From: an uncultured Verrucomicrobiae bacterium
Lineage (GTDB): Bacteria; Verrucomicrobiota; Verrucomicrobiia; Limisphaerales; Palsa-1400
Length of the DNA: 64,000 bases
Assembly: GCA_963764165.1 (NCBI GenBank)
Contig: CAVXRD010000004.1
Span: forward strand, 192,001 to 256,000
Direction of reading: 5' to 3'
How positions within the stretch are numbered: the stretch's first letter is position 1; each line of letters starts with the position of its first letter. Of the stretch, positions 50,572-60,137 are shown piece by piece. Both the position numbers and the translations under genes were made by a program. The notes beneath the pieces are model-generated. The model was not told the origin of the DNA. It made no database searches and saw nothing but the letters and a program-made list of their open reading frames with translations.

Positions 50572-51585
50572 TTATCGTTCAATCACACAAATCATTGAAT
50601 TATCAATACACATCAGCGGAAGTCCATCGTAAACATCCGTCCTAACTACTCTTTTCACATGATTGTCAGATTCACAGTAACTCACCATAATGCGGCCTGA
50701 AACTATAAAAAGCTCACCCCCACTCTCATAAACATCGCCGACCAAAAGCTGTTTGGCGTCATTATTTACCATACGCTCACCGCGGAAATCGCACCTCCGT
50801 GTCACTTGCCCAGTGTTCGGGATCAAGCCGAATAGAATCCCGTCTCCGAATACAAAAATCTCTGCAGCTCCCACCGCGTAAGAAAATGTCAGTCCTCTGC
50901 TCTTTAAACCCGTGCTTGCGGGATTTGTTGGAATATCACCGGGCAAAACGAACTCCCAGCTACGCGACTCAGATCCAGCTTTCTGACCGTACAAATGATC
51001 CACGACGTTACCACCTTCCTTAACACGCTGCTCGTAGACTAACACATCCTTCCAGCAGGATAGGCTAAATGTTCGTGTTGGCAGCGTCGTTTCCCATTTT
51101 TGACTCAGCCGATCATCGACGAAGTTTATAGTATGAGTTCCAAACCAGTCGCGTAGTAGTGGAACGCCCACAGAATGCCAACCGTTTGATAATCGAATAT
51201 CCCGTTTCCCGCCAGATTCCTGATCGCGCTCCTTTACAAGCTCACGCGGGCCGAAGGTTCCTGTGTATCCACTTAGTTGTCGTAAATCGAACGCCTTGGT
51301 CTTCTTCCCAGTAACCGCGTCATAGAACACTGTCATATGCCCAACATTGTCTCTTGTTGCGGCACCATTAATTTCTACCGCGAAGATCAGCGCATAACAG
51401 TTTCCAAATAACACGGCGCACTCCGGAATACAATCCTTCGGCAAGGAATTTTTCCAAACATTCTTCCCGGTCGCCGCGTCGAATTTAACAACCGCGAGCC
51501 GCCTTGGCGGCAATAAACTATCTCCGCATGCGTCACAAGCTACACACGCAAAAAGAATATACATAAGTTTATTCATAATACGCAA
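50572..51585 (-). CDS. Exported PQQ-like beta-propeller protein, AT-rich
   Basis: Signal-like N-terminus; FDAATGKNVW, YDAVTGK and IPNTGQV repeats. Confidence 0.65.
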   Translation of the reverse strand: MRIMNKLMYILFACVACDACGDSLLPPRRLAVVKFDAATGKNVWKNSLPKDCIPECAVLFGNCYALIFAVEINGAATRDNVGHMTVFYDAVTGKKTKAFDLRQLSGYTGTFGPRELVKERDQESGGKRDIRLSNGWHSVGVPLLRDWFGTHTINFVDDRLSQKWETTLPTRTFSLSCWKDVLVYEQRVKEGGNVVDHLYGQKAGSESRSWEFVLPGDIPTNPASTGLKSRGLTFSYAVGAAEIFVFGDGILFGLIPNTGQVTRRCDFRGERMVNNDAKQLLVGDVYESGGELFIVSGRIMVSYCESDNHVKRVVRTDVYDGLPLMCIDNSMICVIER

Positions 51586-51604
51586 TTATTGCTACCATAT
51601 AGAC

Positions 51605-51635
51605 GGGTCAGACCAGCATAATCACATAAATTGAC
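51605..51635. repeat. Junction motif variant (GGGTCAGACC...ATAATCACATAAATTGAC)
   Basis: Resembles the 19-bp motif at 6236/7280/9852 and sits at the composition boundary. Confidence 0.6.
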
Positions 51636-51649
51636 TTTTGTCATTTGGT

Positions 51650-54600
51650 TCACTTTATTACGCCCGCTGCCGGCCCGCTTCCAGTTTGATTTTTGCTTGC
51701 GGCGGCCAATGCGGTTTCAAGCTGCGGAATCGGCATGAGCCAGATTCCGGTCTTTATGACGTTGGCGCTGGGGGCAAACACGGAGTTGCGGCCATTCAGG
51801 AGGTACATCGGGGATTCCGGTCCGATCACAAGTAAGTCTTTGGAAAAACCCATCCAAATCGGATTCCCTCCAGCAGTCACTACGGGGCGGCCCTCAGGCG
51901 AATCAAATTTCAGGAACACTGACCTTGGCTGTTTGGACTCGCCGGAATAACAGAGGATTTCGGAGTGGCAACCGTCTTTCGTTTCCACATGTCTGATGTA
52001 GGTTTTCAGTCGTGGATCATAGACTTGGTTGAACTGGCAATGGTCCCGCATCACAAATAGATCGCCGTTGCGCACGGTTCGGGCGGCGTTGGCAAACGTT
52101 TCCCCCGGCAACGTCCATTTTGCTTCGGGCCCGCTCGGTGGGGGTGTCGGTTTTGCCGCCGGTCCCCCCATCATGTGGCCGATAACGGGCCTTCTTATGG
52201 CGCGCACATCTTGCTGGCCGAGCAGATCCGCTTCCTTCGACTCTGTCGCAAGGCGATAAAGGCTCTTCGGATGGTCATTGCGCAGGCCTACAAAGAGAAC
52301 CCCATCCGGAAAAATTAACGGCGGAGTCTGTCCTGACAGATCGGCAATCTCAGGATGGAAATCTGATCCCGTCCCATTGAATATCTTCCCTTCGGTGGCA
52401 ATCCGCAGGGAGTGTTCAGGGCCCGCAAATACCACCGGCTCTCTAAAATCTTCCGTGTCGAGCGGCGAAGCTGGCGGCTGCCTGCGCTTGCTGGCCAGCA
52501 GTTTCGTCTGTTTGCCGTCATCGGTGATCTCGAAGATGGTATTTTCGTCCGCGGCGCAAAGCTGCCCGTTGGCGGCGAACAACTCGTAATTGTTGCCGTC
52601 CGAAATCGGATATGGCGTCCATTGCTTCGTGTCAATGTCGTAGCTCGCGATTTTGCCGTCGTCGCAATGAATCAATTTTCCGCGCCACAACGTCGTGCGA
52701 TGGTAAAAATGGTTGCGAGAAAACAACTGTTCCCATCGCAGCGGAGCCACCAGCCAACTCTTTGTGGCTAGGTCGAAGACCGCTACTGCGGGGAATTCCT
52801 CAGCCACTGGTTTCATCTTCTTGGAGTTTGTATCGAACCGGTTGAAGTTGGCCTGATACTCGAAATCCAACAGGAGTTTGTCCTCGACCCAATTATGCGC
52901 GGTAATGGTCGCGCTGGTAACTTTATCTCCGTAAAGCCCGGCGTATGGGATCGAAAAAAACGCATCGATGGTTTGTATATTGGTCACCGGGTTGTCGCTT
53001 GCTGAGGCCGACGCTCGCCGACCATCCCCCGCCCCTGTTCCCACAGCGCGTGGGGCGAGCGGCGTACGCGCCAGCGGCGGGGCGGCGGATGCCTGGGCAT
53101 TTTCGTCCATGTCAATAATCTTCTTAATCCTATCCTCTATTTGCCCCACCACCATGACGCCATTTCTCGCCCATTTTTGATTTTGTTTGATCTGCTCCTG
53201 CAAGTTGGTTTGGTAGGCGGCAAGCAACGGCTGGAGTTCAAGGGCCTGGGCTTTGGTGATGTCTCCTATCGTATCGAGAAACAAATGGAAGAACGTTGGG
53301 GGATCGAACGGCGTGTTGTTGGTCAGGAATTTTTTCTGCTGCGCAAATCGTTCGAGGCCCTTGGGGCCGGTGCGGCGGTCTGCGCGTTTCGAGCCTTCAA
53401 CAGTGTCGCGCCAATACTGCTGATGCATCAAGTCCAGTTCCTGGTAATATTTGTGGAAATATAGGTCCTGCAGCCCACCTTCAGCCAGGGCGCCCGCATG
53501 CCATCCCATGTAGCAAATATCCGCGCGATTGGTGATCAGCGCCTCGCGATTGGCCAGCAGCTTGTCAAAGAAATTCGTAACGGCGGCGGCCCGCTTCTGG
53601 CTGGCCGGCGCGTCGGCCACCGCAAAGGCATCTGCTTCCAATTGCAATTTAATGTCGGGCGAATTTTTCAATTCCCCCACAAATTCGTTCCACAACACCG
53701 GGATTCGCTGACGGTCCGCGAACTTCCACGCAATGAGCCGGGGCCGCTCCGGCGGGCGCTTCCAGAGGTTCGCATGCAGATAACAAAACACGGGGCTCGT
53801 CATCAAATTGCGGTAGCGCGCAATCGTTTCATCCGGCGTTTCGCTCCAATAACAACCCCAATCCACCTCGCACCGGAATATGTTCGGCGTCTCATCCAAT
53901 CCGTGGAGTTCGTCCGAAGTCACTAGGCGGTCTCCCACAAAATAGCTGTCATGCACGGTGGGCGCTTTGGAAATGAGGTCCGCGACCGAACGGGCCAGAG
54001 CTCGCAGCTCGACGAGTTGATCCGCGACGGATTCCTGCGCGTCGGGATGGTGATGGAAATGTTGAAGAACTGCGGAAGAGGCGGTCAGCACATCGATGCC
54101 GGCCCTGTACCAATCCAGATCCGGCTGGCCATTCCTGGCAACCTGCACGCCGACTTTCGGCACGCCTTCGGGTGAGCTTTTGGCGAACTGTTCGTAGCAT
54201 TGCAGCGCGTAAATCGCTGGAGCGCATTCGTTCGCCGGCGGCCGTGTATCCAGGTGGACTTCCGGGATGATTTTCCAGTTCATCCCGTGAAGGACACCCG
54301 CCGGAACGACTTTTGGAATGGCTGCCAGGCAGGCATTCATCCGCACCATGGCGGCTTCCAGGTCATGTTTTCCAAGCGCCCAGGCAGCCTCCGAAGCCAT
54401 TTGCGCCTCGCCTTTGACATCCCAGCGAAGCGCCCAATTGGCTTCCGCCAAATACTGCTTTGCCTCGTCCGCCGCGTTCCAGGATTTGACACTTGGCGAC
54501 ACTTTCAGCGCGTCGGCGACCTTGAGCGCCATCTGATTGACAACGTCGGCGAGATTGGTTCGGGCGCCGCTGACTTCGAATGGCACCGGAGCGCCGCCAT

Positions 54601-55375
54601 TGGGTGGGGTCAAGCGCGCGCTCAGCGTGATGGTGTCCTTCGAATACCCCTTTTCATCCAAAACCCCTTCCAATAAATAACTGCCGTTCCAAAAAGCCGA
54701 GTGGTCTGACTTCAGATCCTTTTCCTCCGTCAGCAATTCCATGCGCTGGCGTTCCAGCACGAAAAACTGGCGCTCCTTGGTCAATCGTTGGATGGCCAGC
54801 GCTTTGACTTCGCGTTCCGAGGCGCGGCCTTCGTCGGACTGGACGGCGGAACGGAGATTCACGATGGAAATGGGAATCGCGTCCTTTTCCAAGACTCCCA
54901 GCTTCGGCAGCAGGACATCCAGGCGCGGCGCAAATTGAGAGGGCCACTCACTTAATTCCGAATCGTCGATTGAAAAGGATTCCGCAAGCAGAACCGCGCC
55001 CGGCTTTACGGCAACCAGCCGGGCCGTGAGCATTGTAGTGGCTTTCGGAGGAACGGGGCCGAAGCCTCTCGACATCGAAACGGTCGCGCTCAAAAGCACG
55101 AGCCCGTCCGCTCCCAAGAGACGCCCCATTTTAATAGTGTCACCCATCCCGGCGGAGAGGCCTTGCTCGCGGTAGACCTTCAGAATCTGGTCGCGCTCGA
55201 GCAGTTGGACTTTGTCATTGGCGGACAACTGCGCCGTCAGCAAATCCGCCAGGTTCGCCGCCGCGGGCGTTTCCGCGATCACCGCAACGCGCAAAGGCGC
55301 GGCTGGCTGCGCGAACAGCGCCGGCGCCAAAAGGAAGAGCACTGCAAGGAATGAAACGAATCTTAAAGTTTTCAT
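51650..55375 (-). CDS. Large exported protein, tandem CsgG/HfaB-like N-terminus (paralogue C)
   Basis: Signal peptide, shared N-terminal motifs, beta-rich C-terminal half. Confidence 0.75.
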   Translation of the reverse strand: MKTLRFVSFLAVLFLLAPALFAQPAAPLRVAVIAETPAAANLADLLTAQLSANDKVQLLERDQILKVYREQGLSAGMGDTIKMGRLLGADGLVLLSATVSMSRGFGPVPPKATTMLTARLVAVKPGAVLLAESFSIDDSELSEWPSQFAPRLDVLLPKLGVLEKDAIPISIVNLRSAVQSDEGRASEREVKALAIQRLTKERQFFVLERQRMELLTEEKDLKSDHSAFWNGSYLLEGVLDEKGYSKDTITLSARLTPPNGGAPVPFEVSGARTNLADVVNQMALKVADALKVSPSVKSWNAADEAKQYLAEANWALRWDVKGEAQMASEAAWALGKHDLEAAMVRMNACLAAIPKVVPAGVLHGMNWKIIPEVHLDTRPPANECAPAIYALQCYEQFAKSSPEGVPKVGVQVARNGQPDLDWYRAGIDVLTASSAVLQHFHHHPDAQESVADQLVELRALARSVADLISKAPTVHDSYFVGDRLVTSDELHGLDETPNIFRCEVDWGCYWSETPDETIARYRNLMTSPVFCYLHANLWKRPPERPRLIAWKFADRQRIPVLWNEFVGELKNSPDIKLQLEADAFAVADAPASQKRAAAVTNFFDKLLANREALITNRADICYMGWHAGALAEGGLQDLYFHKYYQELDLMHQQYWRDTVEGSKRADRRTGPKGLERFAQQKKFLTNNTPFDPPTFFHLFLDTIGDITKAQALELQPLLAAYQTNLQEQIKQNQKWARNGVMVVGQIEDRIKKIIDMDENAQASAAPPLARTPLAPRAVGTGAGDGRRASASASDNPVTNIQTIDAFFSIPYAGLYGDKVTSATITAHNWVEDKLLLDFEYQANFNRFDTNSKKMKPVAEEFPAVAVFDLATKSWLVAPLRWEQLFSRNHFYHRTTLWRGKLIHCDDGKIASYDIDTKQWTPYPISDGNNYELFAANGQLCAADENTIFEITDDGKQTKLLASKRRQPPASPLDTEDFREPVVFAGPEHSLRIATEGKIFNGTGSDFHPEIADLSGQTPPLIFPDGVLFVGLRNDHPKSLYRLATESKEADLLGQQDVRAIRRPVIGHMMGGPAAKPTPPPSGPEAKWTLPGETFANAARTVRNGDLFVMRDHCQFNQVYDPRLKTYIRHVETKDGCHSEILCYSGESKQPRSVFLKFDSPEGRPVVTAGGNPIWMGFSKDLLVIGPESPMYLLNGRNSVFAPSANVIKTGIWLMPIPQLETALAAASKNQTGSGPAAGVIK

Positions 55376-55381
55376 GCACTG

Positions 55382-58300
55382 TCAATCGTTCGCCTGCTGT
55401 GACGGCTTTTCTCGCGAGACCGCCTTTTGCAGCTGAGAAATCGGCATAAGCCAAATCCCGAGTTGCTGGCTGCCAGATTCGGAACTCAAATACCCCGCGC
55501 TCCAGACGCTTGAATACTCCTGACCCATTACCAAATAATCCCCCGCAAAAACCATCCACGCCGGCGAATGCGGGCGGAACGGGTCGCCGTAGTTGAGCGC
55601 CACCGGGGGGATGCCATCCAAGCCAAATTTCAAATACACTTTCCGTGCAGTCGGAGCGTCACTGGCGAAGCAAAACAATTCCGTGTGACAGCCATTCTTG
55701 GCGACAACGAGGTTGCGAGGCCGCTGGCCGTTGCTTTGTTTGATTTCACAGTGGTCAGTCATGAGATAGAGATCGTCCTGATGAGAAGCCAGCGCCGCGC
55801 ATCCCAATGTAATTCCTGAGGGCAATTTCCACTTTGGCAAGGGTTCAGGCGCAGCTTCTTTTTTGGGGCGAGGGCCAATGATCATGCCGCTCATTTGTGT
55901 TTTCTGCTGGAGCAAGAGTTCAACCGGGCCTCCGTCGTTCGGCACACGGAACAGGCGGGACGGGTTCTGGCCCCAGGTCGTTATAAAATAGGCGGCGTCC
56001 GAAGTTATTTCCGGCGCGGTCTCGAATGCAGCCAAATCCAGTTCCTTACTCCAGTCGGCGCCCGTCCACGAGAATATCCGATTCCCCGTAATGACACGGA
56101 GGGACTCGTTCGGCCCCGGCATGAGCGTTGATTTTGCAAGATCCTCGGAATCCAGCAGCGTGACGGCGGGATGCCGCCGCGCGCTCGCCATGAGTTTGGT
56201 TCGCCTTCCATTCTCGGTAATTTCAAAAATTGCGCTTCCATTGGCCGCATAAAGATGCGCGCCGAGGCAAAATAATTCGTAATCGTTGCCATCGGAAATT
56301 TCAAATTCGCGCCAGCGCTTGTCCTTGGCGTCATACTGTAGAATCTTGCCGCTCCCGCTATGAATGATCTGGCCGTTCCAAATGGTGGTGCGATGATAAT
56401 ACGGAGTCGAAGTAATCGGATCGATCCGCGGCAGAACAGCCACGTCCCAACGCTTGACGCCCGGATCGTAACTGGCAACGAAGGGAACCCGCGCATTCGC
56501 AGCCTTAATGACATAGCCGTTCGTATCATAGGTGCTGGCGTCGACGACGCACTCGAGATCCAGCACCATTTTTCCGCTAATCCAATGGTGAGCGGTGATG
56601 ACAGGCCGGTAGGAGGAATTTTCAAAGGCCGCGTTCAGAGGAATGGGAACGAATGAATTTACGGATTCCACGTTGGTAATGGTTTCGGGCTCTACCTCAA
56701 CAGGCATCGCTTTCTGCGGAGCGGCCGCGATGTTCTTTGGACCGGCTGGCGGAGACTGTATTTTTGGCTGCGCTGGCGGTTGATCCCTTATTGCAATCGT
56801 ATTGAGGAACTGCTTTAGGTGTTTCTCCGCGATTCCGACATTGGCGATCGCCATATGATTAGCTCCCTGGGCTTCCAGGTTTGACTTGTATGAAGCCATC
56901 AAGGTTAGAAGTTCCTCAATCTGAGCTTTTGAAAAATCAAAATAGCCTCCCAGAAACAGTTTGCTAAAAGTCCGGAATTCGAAGGGAGTATTTGCGGATA
57001 GATAATTCCTCTGCTCGTCGAATTTGCTGAGATGGCTGGGGCTCTTGGTTGTTTCCATCCGCTGAGCGGCCGGAACCGTCGCGCTGCGGAATTCCGCGGA
57101 CATCGAATCCACCGTCGAGCAGAATCGCTTAAAGTTGCTTTCGAGGAGCGCTCGCTCAGGCGTGACAACGTGGTCGTCCGGAACAATCCCTTCTGCGTGC
57201 CATTGCAAATAAAAAATATCGACCGTGTTCGTTACCAGCGCGTGCCGGTTTGCCTCAAACACGTCAACTAAATTGCTTATGGCCGCCGCCGATTTCTGAT
57301 AGCCATCTGAATCTGCCACATTGAAGGCGGCGGCTTCGAGATTCCAATACACGTTTTTCGAGTTTTTCAGCTCCTCCACAAAAGCGCTCCACAAGACCGG
57401 AATGCGCGCGCGGTCTTCGGCGTTCCAAGCCACCAATCTCGGCCGGCCCGGCGGCCGCGCCAGCAAGCCTTGATGCACGTAACAAAAAACCGGCGAGTCC
57501 ATCAATTTGCGATAAAGCGCAAGAGTGTCATCCGGCTTCTCGAACCAAAAACAGCCCCAGTCCGTTTCGCAGCGGAAAATCGTCGGTTGCGCATCCATCG
57601 TGCTGGCCAGCTCGTCGTAGATCGCGAGGCGATCCCCGACGAAATAGCTATCATGGACAGACGGAGCATTGGCGATCAAGCCGGCCACGGTCCGCGCCAC
57701 CGCGCGTAATTCCGCCAATTCGTCCTGAACTGGAATTTGGGATTTTGGATAAAAGCTATAGTGTTGAAGCACCCTGGAAGCCGCCGTGAGCGCATCAATT
57801 CCGATTTTGTACCAATCCGAATCATGCCAATCATTCCAGCCCTTTCCCCGCCACAGCACTTTGGGTTCGCCTTCCGGTGAATTCTTGGTGAATTGCTCAT
57901 AACATTTCAGCGCGTAAAGCGCGGCGCGGATGTCCTTCGGATCCGGGCGTTTCAAGTAGTGAGTCTCGACCGTCATTTTCCCCTTCGCGTAGTTGTAGGA
58001 CACTTCCGGACTGTCTTCCGGCACGGCGATCACATAGGACTTAACTCGGGCCAAGGCGCCTTCGAGGTCGCGTTTGCCCAGCGCCCACGCCGCTTCCGCC
58101 GCCATCTGCGCCTCACGGCAGACCTGCCAGCGCATGGCCCAATTTGCCTCGTCCAAGTATTGTTTGGCTTCGTCGGAGGCACTCCATGATTTGACAGTCG
58201 ATTGAACTTCTAACGTCTTCACCAGCTTCAGGGCCATTCCGTTGATGATCTCAGATAGGTTTGTGCGAGGGCCGCTCAGTTCAAACGAAACCGCGGCTCC

Positions 58301-59071
58301 GCCCCGGGGAGGAATGATTCGCGCGTGGAGCGTGATAGCATCTTTGGAATAACCGTTTTCATCCAGAACACCCTCCAGCAAATAACTGCCGTTCCAAAAC
58401 TCCGTTTTGTCCGAACTTAAATCCTTTTCCTCGCCCAGCAATTCCATGCTTTGCCGTTCGAGAACGAACACTCTCTGCTCCTGGCTTAATCGCTGCATGG
58501 CGAGCGCTTTTACCTGGCGCTCCGTTTCCCGGCCCTCGTCGGTCTGGACGGCGGAGCGGAGATTCACGATGGAAATCGGGACGGCGTCCTTCTCCAGCAC
58601 CGCCAATTTCGGCAGAAACGCGTTCAATCGCGGAGCAAATTGGGATGCCCAATCCACCATCTCGGATGGCGCGAGCGGAAATGAATCGGAGGCCAGCAGA
58701 ACGCCGGGTTTCACCGCGATCAATCGCGCCGTCACGATGAAGGGCCGTGTCAGCGTATTGGTGTCCTTTGGCACAACAGTATTGCTGACGGCATTTAACA
58801 GCAAAAGACCGTCCGCTCCCAGGATGCGGCCCATTTTCACTGCATCGTTCATCCCAGCCGACAAGGCTTGCTCGTGGACGACCTTTTGAATTTGGTCGCG
58901 CTCGAGCAATTGAACCTTGTCATTGGACGACAACTGCGCCGTCATCAGATCGGCGAACTTCGCCGCTGATTCCGCCTCTGCAATGACAGCCATTCGAACC
59001 GGAGGGGCTGATTGCGCGGCCACCTGCGATGACGCAACGAGAAGAGCAATGAGCAATAACGCGATTTTCAC
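55382..59071 (-). CDS. Large exported protein, tandem CsgG/HfaB-like N-terminus (paralogue B)
   Basis: Probable GTG start at 59071 before the signal peptide; closest to paralogue C (APSVHDSYFVGDRL, IFRCE.DWGC). Confidence 0.75.
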   Translation of the reverse strand: MKIALLLIALLVASSQVAAQSAPPVRMAVIAEAESAAKFADLMTAQLSSNDKVQLLERDQIQKVVHEQALSAGMNDAVKMGRILGADGLLLLNAVSNTVVPKDTNTLTRPFIVTARLIAVKPGVLLASDSFPLAPSEMVDWASQFAPRLNAFLPKLAVLEKDAVPISIVNLRSAVQTDEGRETERQVKALAMQRLSQEQRVFVLERQSMELLGEEKDLSSDKTEFWNGSYLLEGVLDENGYSKDAITLHARIIPPRGGAAVSFELSGPRTNLSEIINGMALKLVKTLEVQSTVKSWSASDEAKQYLDEANWAMRWQVCREAQMAAEAAWALGKRDLEGALARVKSYVIAVPEDSPEVSYNYAKGKMTVETHYLKRPDPKDIRAALYALKCYEQFTKNSPEGEPKVLWRGKGWNDWHDSDWYKIGIDALTAASRVLQHYSFYPKSQIPVQDELAELRAVARTVAGLIANAPSVHDSYFVGDRLAIYDELASTMDAQPTIFRCETDWGCFWFEKPDDTLALYRKLMDSPVFCYVHQGLLARPPGRPRLVAWNAEDRARIPVLWSAFVEELKNSKNVYWNLEAAAFNVADSDGYQKSAAAISNLVDVFEANRHALVTNTVDIFYLQWHAEGIVPDDHVVTPERALLESNFKRFCSTVDSMSAEFRSATVPAAQRMETTKSPSHLSKFDEQRNYLSANTPFEFRTFSKLFLGGYFDFSKAQIEELLTLMASYKSNLEAQGANHMAIANVGIAEKHLKQFLNTIAIRDQPPAQPKIQSPPAGPKNIAAAPQKAMPVEVEPETITNVESVNSFVPIPLNAAFENSSYRPVITAHHWISGKMVLDLECVVDASTYDTNGYVIKAANARVPFVASYDPGVKRWDVAVLPRIDPITSTPYYHRTTIWNGQIIHSGSGKILQYDAKDKRWREFEISDGNDYELFCLGAHLYAANGSAIFEITENGRRTKLMASARRHPAVTLLDSEDLAKSTLMPGPNESLRVITGNRIFSWTGADWSKELDLAAFETAPEITSDAAYFITTWGQNPSRLFRVPNDGGPVELLLQQKTQMSGMIIGPRPKKEAAPEPLPKWKLPSGITLGCAALASHQDDLYLMTDHCEIKQSNGQRPRNLVVAKNGCHTELFCFASDAPTARKVYLKFGLDGIPPVALNYGDPFRPHSPAWMVFAGDYLVMGQEYSSVWSAGYLSSESGSQQLGIWLMPISQLQKAVSREKPSQQAND

Positions 59072-59108
59072 AATTTGCCGGATAATGCTATATGAATATC
59101 TGCATATT

Positions 59109-60137
59109 TCACCGCAACACATCTGCGATCGCTTTGAACTCCACTTTCAATTCGGCCAATTCCTTTTTCGCCTGTTCCAATTCCGCCGGTGAAAGCTGCT
59201 TTCCTATTTGGCGCGCCTTTTCCAGGCCAAACCCGTCGTTGCTTTCAGCCGCCAATGTGAACCAGCACCAGGCCTTTGCCGGATTGATCGTTCCGCCGCG
59301 CCCTGTCAAATACACTTCTCCGATGATGCCGAGTTTCTTATTGTCGCCTGATTGAATGGCTTTCAGCACCAAGGACATGGTTTCCGAAAACAACTCGCTG
59401 GCCTCGCCCCCGTTCGGAAGGATGGCGCCACTCGAAAACGCAACCGCCTTGTTCTTATCCGGCACAATTTGGATTTTGTCGCGGAGCGTGTATGCACCCA
59501 TGCCCGTCCAATACACGGCGTGGTTCACCGCTCCCCGGCAATACCAGCGCACTGCCTCAACCACATCACGGTCGCCGGGCGGCCCGTATTGCGCTCGCGA
59601 TACAAGATGGTCGTAAGGAGCAGCATCGCTTGGTTCCGCCTTGGCAGCGCGGGCCAGCAAGTTCATGGGGCGATCCTCATTATTTCTTGGTTCGCCGACA
59701 CCGTGCGCGTATGAATCGGCGAGAGCCAGCAAAGCTCGCGGGTAGTTTTGGTCCGCCGCCGCGCGAAAACATTCCAATGCCTTTTCCTCGTCAGCCGCGA
59801 TGCCGTAGCCGTCGGAATAGGCATCGCCGAGCAAAAACAGGCCCCGGGCCGATTTTTGATCAGCGGCGCGCTTAAACCAATTCACCTCCAGCCAGCGCGC
59901 ATTCCAGAGACCGTTGGTGGAAGGTCCGCCGACCCTGCGATCATATTCGCCAATGTCGCATTGCGCCTCTGGATCTCCGGCGCGGGCTTTTTCCAGAGTT
60001 TTCATAATCGCCGCGCGATCGTTCAAATCCTGGGCAAGTGACAGCCCGGGAGCGAATGTGACGCCCAAGAATACAAGCGCCACTGCAAACCCGCGCTTAT
60101 TCCGGCGGCCCGTCAAAAAGTTGAATTGCATGTTCAT
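59109..60137 (-). CDS. Exported Sel1-like repeat protein
   Basis: Sel1 repeats; shares G.GEPRN..DRP and QYGP..DRD...A..WYCR.A.N with 35987..37513. Confidence 0.88.
   Translation of the reverse strand: MNMQFNFLTGRRNKRGFAVALVFLGVTFAPGLSLAQDLNDRAAIMKTLEKARAGDPEAQCDIGEYDRRVGGPSTNGLWNARWLEVNWFKRAADQKSARGLFLLGDAYSDGYGIAADEEKALECFRAAADQNYPRALLALADSYAHGVGEPRNNEDRPMNLLARAAKAEPSDAAPYDHLVSRAQYGPPGDRDVVEAVRWYCRGAVNHAVYWTGMGAYTLRDKIQIVPDKNKAVAFSSGAILPNGGEASELFSETMSLVLKAIQSGDNKKLGIIGEVYLTGRGGTINPAKAWCWFTLAAESNDGFGLEKARQIGKQLSPAELEQAKKELAELKVEFKAIADVLR

Noticed and set aside
45794..51635. Classical integron
   Set aside because: No tyrosine recombinase gene and no attC-like RYYYAAC...GTTRRRY hairpins were recognised at the junctions.
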